A stretch of 54,178 nucleotides of DNA, the filler included, from Catajapyx aquilonaris (Eukaryota): the NCBI GenBank assembly GCA_000934665.2. It is 2 parts of 2 records of this genome, joined end to end, with 100 filler letters (N's around TTAATTAATTAA, not from the genome) between each part and the next. Parts side by side here need not be neighbours in the genome. Positions count along the whole stretch, not along the records: positions 27,141 to 54,178 come from JYFJ02005124.1; 1 more part is not named here. One strand, given 5' to 3'. Each line of letters starts with the position of its first letter. The first letter of the stretch is position 1. The notes beneath the pieces were generated by a model that made no database searches, was not told where the DNA came from, and was given only the letters and a program-made list of their open reading frames with translations. This document shows positions 46,164 to 54,178 of this stretch, piece after piece. The translations under genes and the position numbers were made by a program.

Positions 46164-47560
46164 ATGGACGCCCAAGAAGAACCGGCAGTTAGGCCTAAAT
46201 CACAAGAATCCGTGGCTGTTGCAGACCCATCGGTGGCAGAACCGAAGCGGGTTCCAAGCAAGAGCGATGAGCCATTGGAACCGCCACCGCCACCACCACC
46301 GCCACCACCACCGCCTCCAGCACCAGAGGAGAGCAAGGGAAAGAAAGGAGAGAAGGGAAAGAAAGGAAAGAAAGGCAAGAAGGAAAAGGTAGTGCCAGTG
46401 GTCGATCCTAATGTTGAAACTCCTGAACAAGAGCGAGAAAGGATCAGGCTGTCCATCGAGGACATGAAGGGAGAACTGCTCCGGTGGGTCTGAACTACAG
46501 TATACACTGGATGTTTCATAGTGCTTAAGACAAGGTTATCTTCTGGATGGACATTAGTATGTCGCTTGGTCACTATGAAACACAGTGCAATGGATAATAT
46601 ATTGTACTGTATTACCCTAGACTGATGCATAACAATATTTCTTTATTTCCAAAGTCGCAAGGATTATTCCAATGAACTGTTGAATACTAACGATAAGATG
46701 AATAAACTTAAGGCGAAAATTGAGCAAGACAGAGAGGACGTCATCGCGTACTTGAAATCTCTGTTGGAATTGGCCATTGCAAAGCGCGAGAACTTTGAAG
46801 TCGAAGTGCAAGCTGTGGACGATGTAACATGACACACGACTCTGGTCAACTAGTAACTGTTTTGAACACTACGTCTGTTCCTTGCAGGAGTACCAAGAAA
46901 TTATAAAACGATATCAGCAGTACAAAGAGGAATTTGCAGATAGATTTGAAGAAACGAGACAGGAACTAAGGGGGCAAATTGACGGTCTAAGTAAGTCATG
47001 AGCATGAAATTGTCAGTTTATTAACTTCGATAACATTGCGTTTGACATTAATTCAGATACTAAATTGCTGCAACTTGACGAATCCCGCATGATGAGAGAA
47101 AAGTACCTGGAAGACCACAGTGCTTTGGAGCAGGAGATTTCTGAGAGATACAGGGAGTTCAGCGGACATATTTACGAGTCTGGCAAGATCAGGATTAAAA
47201 ACAGAATCCAGTACGACATTTCGCTTGAGTCATCTTAATGATTGTGAATAATATGAGCTAACAGTCATAATACCGAAGCAGGTTGGTGTAGGGGTTAAGG
47301 AGCCAGACTGCTAATCGGGAGGTCCTGGGATCAAATCCCCGGGCCGGCAACTCTGACCGTGGTTTTCTGTGGTTTCCCACGGTCCCTCCAGGAAAATTCC
47401 GGAGTTGTTTCCGTAATTAACAGGCCACAGCCGCTTCCTTCCTTCCCTATCCCTTCCCAAAAAGCGAAGCAAAAAGTAAAAAGACAAGAGTTCCTGACAA
47501 AAAAAAAAAATTGGGATGAACTCCCCCCCTAAGAGAGCCAATGGCTCTATCACGGGGTAA

Positions 47561-47627
<67 letters not shown>

Positions 47628-48974
47628 GCTAACAGTCATAATCAGCATAAACACCTTGGTCGCTTAGTGCATAATAATCACTAATATTACTGTAGAAAAC
47701 AATATGCTAACTACAATGCGTGTGACCTGCAGGAGGACTACAGAAGCAGTGGTTCAGACTCTCGACTTGGAGAAAAAAGTCTGGGCTGCAACAAGAGGCT
47801 CTAAGAGGGAACTCATGAGGGATTACTTGAGAAATCCACCAAAGGTTATGGGTAAGGTGAGTCTCAAGAATAGGCCCATATAGTTAGAGATTTTCAGCTA
47901 TAACTCTATAAGCTACCCAAAATTTAAGCCAGTTGTAACACACCCCGTATATTTCAGCTGCACAAGATAAAGCTGAAGATGGAAAAGGCTGAAATTAAGA
48001 AAAGCCGAAGGCTGCAGGAACGCAAGACAGACGAGATAAATCTGAGCATCGTACTTCAGGAAAACCTAGATATCCGAAAAAGATATGCGTCTCAAGAGAA
48101 GGTACGAGTGCGAATCAAAAAGCAATTCGCAACTTTTTTCTTTCTTCTTCTTCTTCCTCCTCCTCGTCAGGAGCAAAAGAACCTGGTCCGACGTTTCGAG
48201 CATCTGATGAAACACGTGATGACCAGTCCGAATATTGAGTTGAACGTGCTGGATAAGTACACGGAGAGACATGTGCTGCTGGAGGAGCTGGCCAGGGGAC
48301 TTGAACAATTGCACGAAATGGACACAGACATCGAGGAAATGAACAACATGGCGGACAGTCTGGTGGAGGAGAGGGAGGAGTCGTTCCAGTTGCAGAAGAA
48401 GCTATACGCCACCATATACCACGCTCATCAAGCACTTCGGAACTTCTTGAGGGTCAGTACAGTTGTCACATTAATTCCGTCATACTGCTAGCGACATTTC
48501 CGAAGCGGCGGAAGTGCAAATAAGTGTGAGCCGTACGAGTAAGAAGAGGTAGGCCTTGCGTGACGTCACCGGCTGGGGGGGGCAACGGAGAAAAGGCCTG
48601 TCCCCAGTCAGTGACGTCACTCAAGGCCTCCCTCTTCTTACTCGTACGGCTCACACTCTCTCACTTCGATTTGCACTTCTGCCGCATCATGTCGTAAGCA
48701 GTAGTATGACGCGATTAATGTCCATCACTGTACATCTGGCAAAGAAATCATAGTTTGACCACTGTTTCCTACTCTGCAGGGAAAGCATACGGACGACGAA
48801 GGTGTCAGGAGTCTCAAACGCAGCGAAGTGTTCAATCACATACTGACCCTCCTGATGACTAACGTGCAATCACAGGAAACACGGTGCGTGTCACTGACGT
48901 GTACTACTGTCAAGAGCTAATTGAATATTTACGATCCTATTTGTTGCAGGAAGTCTCTGCTGGAGCTATTCTAA
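46164..48974 (+). CDS. CFAP157: Cilia- and flagella-associated protein 157-like; exons 46164-46483, 46655-46823, 46888-46990, 47057-47210, 47733-47856, 47958-48101, 48171-48452, 48780-48883, 48950-48974
   Basis: KKGKKGKKEK lead-in, IEDMKGELLR, DREDVIAYLKSLL, FEETRQELRGQIDGLNTKLLQLDESR, EFSGHIYE parallel CFAP157 as recalled; last exons are tentative. Confidence 0.7.
47272..47626 (+). mobile_element. tRNA-derived SINE with a long (ATT)n tail, in a CFAP157 intron
   Basis: 16-bp TSD AGCTAACAGTCATAAT (47256-47271, 47627-47642); A box TGGTGTAGGGG, B box GATCAAATCCC; 3' ATCACGGGGTAA. Confidence 0.92.
48468..48721. mobile_element. Palindromic MITE filling most of an intron
   Basis: Arms such as GTGTGAGCCGTACGAGTAAGAAGAGG / CCTCTTCTTACTCGTACGGCTCACAC; ATTAAT at both ends. 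Confidence 0.8.
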
Positions 48975-49330
48975 AAGAGTGAACAGATCTGGAACAGATG
49001 CTCTGGCTCTGCTAAGCAAAGGGTGCCAAACAGGAATTTTGGCTGCCGGAATTTTAAATAATTTTACTGTCTATTTGTTTTTTATCCATCCGAAAAAAAA
49101 AGTACTAACAAAAATAATTAAAGGATCTAAAATTCACGCCGTACTAGTGGTGCACAAAAATCGCATGACGAATCGGGTTATCGATTTTTCTCCCGCGCAA
49201 AAAAAATCGATTTGAATGAATCACATCCGGAGTTCCGGACCTCCGGACAACGCATTGTTCAAAAATTGGGACGACCGGTACCCCCTGCTTGCCCCCTGCT
49301 GACATCTCCATGACGAATGTCGCTGGTTTT

Positions 49331-49344
49331 GTTTACATGGCGAC
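49331..49344. promoter_or_regulatory. X-box-like motif upstream of LRRC45
   Basis: GTTTACATGGCGAC (reverse complement GTCGCCATGTAAAC), ~220 bp before the ATG. Confidence 0.45.
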
Positions 49345-49565
49345 CAAGCTGGCTGGGGAATCAACAAACTTCGGCCACAACAGTTCATTCTTTGAAGCTG
49401 GCTGTTCGAAATCGGCCGTGTCTCCAACGATAGCCCGGCAAGCTTCCATTTTTCGGCCTCTACTCTTCAAAATTCAAGTTCAGGTACTGGGTGTACACCG
49501 GTGTACACACTGCATGGTATGGGGTTTCAATTTGTTGCTTTTTTTCCAGCAAATTTTTGTACAAG

Positions 49566-51802
49566 ATGGCACCGCTGTGTGGTATTTGCCAGGAGTACAT
49601 GAACATTTGTGCTAAGCAGAACATTGAGCCTAGTTCGTCTATCCTGGCTGAGATTGAGCGATGCGTGATGGGTGGAGGTGGGGTGATAGATCTGTCCAAG
49701 CAGCAGATGTCCCGCGGTGACTGCCAGGGACTAGGGGCTATCCTGGCCACGGGGGCCTTCACGCAGCTGAGGGAAGTGCGGTTGGAGGACTGCCACCTGA
49801 CCAACAAGGGGGCGCAGTATGTGATCGAGGGGCTGCTGAGCTGCCCGCGGCTCATGTCCCTGCAGATGAAGGCCAACAGTATCCAGGGCGCACCACTGCG
49901 GTCGCTGTCACGCCTCATGCAGACTGCCCCCGCCTTAGGCCAGCTGGGGCTGGAGTGGAACAACGTGGGGGTGATGCCAGACTACTTTGCGGGCTTCTGC
50001 ACTGCCTTGGCAGGCAACCCAGGGGTGGAGTACCTGGACCTCAGGAGCAACCAGCTCGGACAGACCTGTGCCGCTGACCTGGCCAAGGCTCTCAGGTGTA
50101 ATAGCAAGCTCAAGTTCATAGGTGCGTTTTGTGCACTTGGGCATTAGTGGCCCAGTGCGTGATTATTTTCTTTGTTTGCCGGCAGATCTGCGCTACAACA
50201 ACATTGGAGCAGTTGGTGCCAGGGAGCTTTGGGATGCTGTGAAGTCTAATCGCGGCTTGCAACAGATCTGTCTGTCTGGAAATGGGATACCTCGGGACCT
50301 GGAGGAGGCTATCAGTATGAACACCTTTGCTCTTAACATCATGCGCGCATTTCTAAATTCAGTGTCAGCATAAATAAGGTTTGCTTGGGGCACAGACAAT
50401 CTAAACTTGAGCGACACATGTTGTACAGGTTTACTAAGGTTCTATGAATTATCACTATCTATGCTTTCACGAGCAAGGTAACAAAATCATGACAGCAATA
50501 TTATGGTGCTCTTCTAGCCTCCATAGTAACTACACAAGCTACGTCAAAGAACATGGTGGAAAAGTGTGTGTCTCGGACTCAGTCAGCCATAAGCAGCGCA
50601 GCAGAGGAAAGTGTGGCTCGCACGAGGGCCCTGGCACAAAAAATGAAGGAGCAAAATGAGCGCTACTGTCACGAGATGAATACTCTGATGAGGCGGCTGG
50701 GAGATCAGGAGTGCCAAGCAGCCAAGCAGGTGAGGGAAGGCACTGAGGAGGCTAACCAACTGAGAGAGGCCCTGAGGGACTCAGCAACTCAGAAGGAGAC
50801 TGTCATCCGCACCTTGGAACTGACCCGCAAGAGGAGTGAGGACCTGGAGGTGGCCATGGGGAGGAGTCGGGAGGAGGCAGAAAGGTTGCAGGATGAGAGG
50901 AAGGATCAGGATAAGAGAATTGGCATGCTGCAGGTACTGCCATAGACGTCCACTCTTTTTTTTACACTGGGGTAAGCCAAACATTACTAATCTGTTTCTA
51001 AACCCAGGATGAGATACGTCGCCAGAAGGGGGAAACCAACCTCATCCAAGATCAACTGCTCCAGAGCCAGGCATTGTCGCAGGATCTCCGGAGGCGCCTG
51101 GATGACCAGAGCCAGGAGATGGAGACCATGGCCAGAGAAGCCCGTGACAAGATGGAAAAGATCACGAGGGAGGCAGCTATACGTGAATCCGAGCTGGAGC
51201 GACTCAGGTCAGAGGATGTTTCCCGGGTAGAGCGCAGCCTGGAAGAGCTTAAGGGCTTCCTGGAGGGACGGCTTGCAGAGGTGGAAGGCCAGAAGGCTAC
51301 ACTGGAGGGCCGGATTCAGGATATATGCGGACAGCTGCAGGAGGAGCGAATCAACAGTTACAACCTGCGTGAGAGGATTGACGAGCTGGCAAAGGAGAGG
51401 CAAGCAGCAGAGGAGCGAGCAGCAGAGATGTGTGCAGCCCTCTGCACTGCCCAGAGGCAAGCAGAGATGTCTACCGACCGGGCCAACCAGGCCGAGGAGG
51501 AGCTGCGGTGCCTCAAAAATGAGGCCCAAAAGTTGCAGGATCTATATTGCCAAGTCAGGAAGGATCTGGAACAAGAGAGGAGGAGAGCAGATGATGCTGA
51601 GAGAGAAGCAGAGACAATCAGGCAGGAGGCAGACCAGAAGCTCTGTGACATGTCGGCAGAGCTGAGGTGGATGAAGGACGAGTGCGATCGACAGAAGGAT
51701 AAGAATGGAGTACTTACTGAAGAGTTCTCCCGACGCATTGCTAGTGTCAGGGCATGCATGAACGAGTTTCTCAATGACGACTGGCTGAAGACCTCCTGCT
51801 GA
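49566..51802 (+). CDS. LRRC45: Leucine-rich repeat-containing protein 45 (centrosome linker); exons 49566-50121, 50186-50314, 50518-50933, 51008-51802
   Basis: YMNICAKQNIEP, RI-type LRRs with LGLEWNNVG...FAGFCTALAGN...LDLRSNQL, DLRYNNIG, LSGNGIP, then a long C-terminal coiled coil. Confidence 0.9.
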
Positions 51803-54178
51803 AGTGCCTTTCACCAATTCCATGTGACGGTGGGGGGATAAAAATTAGCTAAATGCGAAGTGGCTTGTATCAAAAAATTAAAAGTATTTTATTGTGCCAT
51901 CAGCCAAAGTCCAGAAGTCATCATTTTCCATCATTTTTGCATAAACACCAGCTATCAAGACGATAACAATCAAAACTGTTGGTATGACAACAGGGAGGTA
52001 TGTGACTAGACCTTGATTCGTGACCTAGACCTGTTCTCTCATGAGCGAAAAGTACGCGTGGGTCGATATAAGTAACCGCAGCAACAAAAAATTCAATTAT
52101 GGTGCTTCAATTGTTATATTTCGATGCTTTTTTGCTTTCCAGACATCAAAGGCATTTCGAAAGTCATTTCTGTTACTACACGCCCACCTTTTGCTCACAG
52201 TCAGATTGGTATTTTTAAAACTGTAATCCTCAAAGTGTAAGGAGGTAGAATATTGCCCTTTGACCTGGGCTGGATTTTACCACTGACGGCAGATTGACAA
52301 CGGTCTTTTTAAGAGAAGCCATCAATACTGTTGGGCAACTGTTGCCAACAGACTCAGTTTACAATCTACATTCAGTGATGCAACGTGGCCTTACAAAATT
52401 CTTCATATTGCATCTCGAGCTTTAAATACGTACAGCTCCCAATGCAGTGTAAAACAAGTGCAATTGCAGCAGTTTGGTCCACCAACACTTATTTTCTAGG
52501 CCAACCTTCTCGGAACACAAATTCATGCCATGCCCATGGGGTGACTAAAAGTGGGTAGCACCGAAGTTGGTAAAACTAATCCTACCAGATTGCTCATTAT
52601 TAATCCTCGGTTAGTTGAAGTCAACAATTAAAAACAAGCACAATCTGGCCAGGTTTTACTGACTTTGGTGCTACCAGTCCTAAACTGAGTCAATAAGAAG
52701 TGACTGGCTATGTGATTTCGGATAAACTATTGTTTATCTGCTCCTTAACAACGCGGTTGGAGTTGGGCGGGCCGGGGGGCCTCCCGACGGTTGGCAACGT
52801 TGCGTCGCAAACAATCGGGTGCCTTGATACTGCTGCCAGCCAAATTCAAATGCCTTCACGGTTGCTTGATGAAGTGTCGTTCTTTGGGTTAACGGACTGC
52901 ATCAACCATCATGGCTTTCATATTGCCCACCTCCTTCATTAATACTGTGGTCCTAGCACTCATGTGATCAGTTCACGTGGCAGCTGGGTAACAGGACGCC
53001 CTTTGTTGTGCTCTCCCGGAAACCGATTGTTTGCGACCCGTAGCCAACATGTTTGGAGCCCACCACGCCTCCCCAACCCCGCCACGTCACTAGGTGCGAA
53101 TAAACGATAGACTTTCCGTGATTTCATATTTGCATACTGAGTGCAGTGAACACCTCATTTCAAAGAGCAATAATGCTGACTGCTAGAGTGGGCATCATAA
53201 TGAGTGGTCGTGAGAGGTAATGCCCATCTCTCCTCCCCTGCTGGTTATTTGGTAAAATCTCTGCATGGAATGTCGTTGCTAAGGGAGACACTGAAAGTCT
53301 CTCATTACTTGTTACAGATAAATAACGGACCATATCAATCCACACTTGGTCCCGCAAGCTTTCACACTGCTTCTATGAGAAGTGCAACTTGAAATTGAGA
53401 TGCATCTCAGAAACAAGTTTCAATGGTCTGGCTGGTTCCTGCTCAAAGGCAACTTTGAGGAGTAGCTCTCCCAAGTCTCAGGTACTGGGTCCAGACCAAA
53501 TTCTCACTGGAAAATTCTCATTGGAATAGGCTCATTGGCAAGGTGCATCTAAATAACAAGTCGCACATCTATGCAGTAAAATACCCATGCAAGTCTATGA
53601 AAAATCTGACCAATGTACTAGCAGAATCAGAACTCTGGTACTGATATCACTGGCATTTAAATGTTATTTTCATTGTTCCCATTGTGAGGTCAACACCAAA
53701 GTCCCGCTGTCCCTGGTACAAGTGGTGTGGTACAAAGGGGTTATGAACAGGATAATAAATAGGAAGACTGATGCGCAGTTGACTGAGCCTGGAGCTCACG
53801 GGTTCTCCCCAAGCCTTGCCAGACACAGCCAATTGCAGCATCACTGCTCAATGAACTGATATCATTGCTGCAACCAGTATGCAGATCCTGACCCTACCTG
53901 AATAAATAATGTGCATGTCAATGCTCAATGCATTTATCAATCTACACTAATCTGTCATTAACAATGAAATAAAATCAACAAATAACATTTTCTGCATACA
54001 TAACTCTCTTACAACACAATAACATAGGGAAATTGCTATCAACCAGATGTGGATATAGCAATATATAGCATTTGAACTACACATGGTTACGCCTGGGACC
54101 TGCTGCGAGTGCCTGACCTTCATTCCAGTTATTTTCCTTTTTGGTCGAGAAGAGATGATCGGGAGAACCGCAAGTCAT

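Overview
Eukaryotic genomic DNA, most likely an arthropod (probably an insect), with GT-AG spliced genes. An artificial scaffold linker (N44-TTAATTAATTAA-N44, 27041-27140) splits the window, so the two halves may not be true neighbours. The left half is transposon-rich. It holds the last two coding exons of a PAF-acetylhydrolase Ib alpha-subunit gene, whose 8.3-kb intron is packed with MITEs, foldback elements and a SINE, followed by an LRR transmembrane gene and a nest of DNA-transposon derivatives. The right half is compact and gene-dense: ATPAF2 (+) overlapping TMEM203 (-), Rpp20/POP7 (-) ending 44 nt before the TMEM203 start (probable dicistron), a stand-alone RGS-like ORF, an OFA-like MFS transporter, an unrecognised 104-aa two-exon microprotein, LITAF, and a block of mostly cilium/flagellum/centrosome-type genes (long coiled-coil, DYDC-like, ankyrin, CFAP157-like, LRRC45). 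Best leads: the Rpp20-TMEM203/ATPAF2 dicistron-plus-overlap locus, recurrent foldback (palindromic) transposons from several superfamilies, four SINEs with different bodies but a shared 3' tail, the mini-RGS protein, and a possible 5S-like structured small RNA. All exon models and homologies were derived by eye, without database searches.
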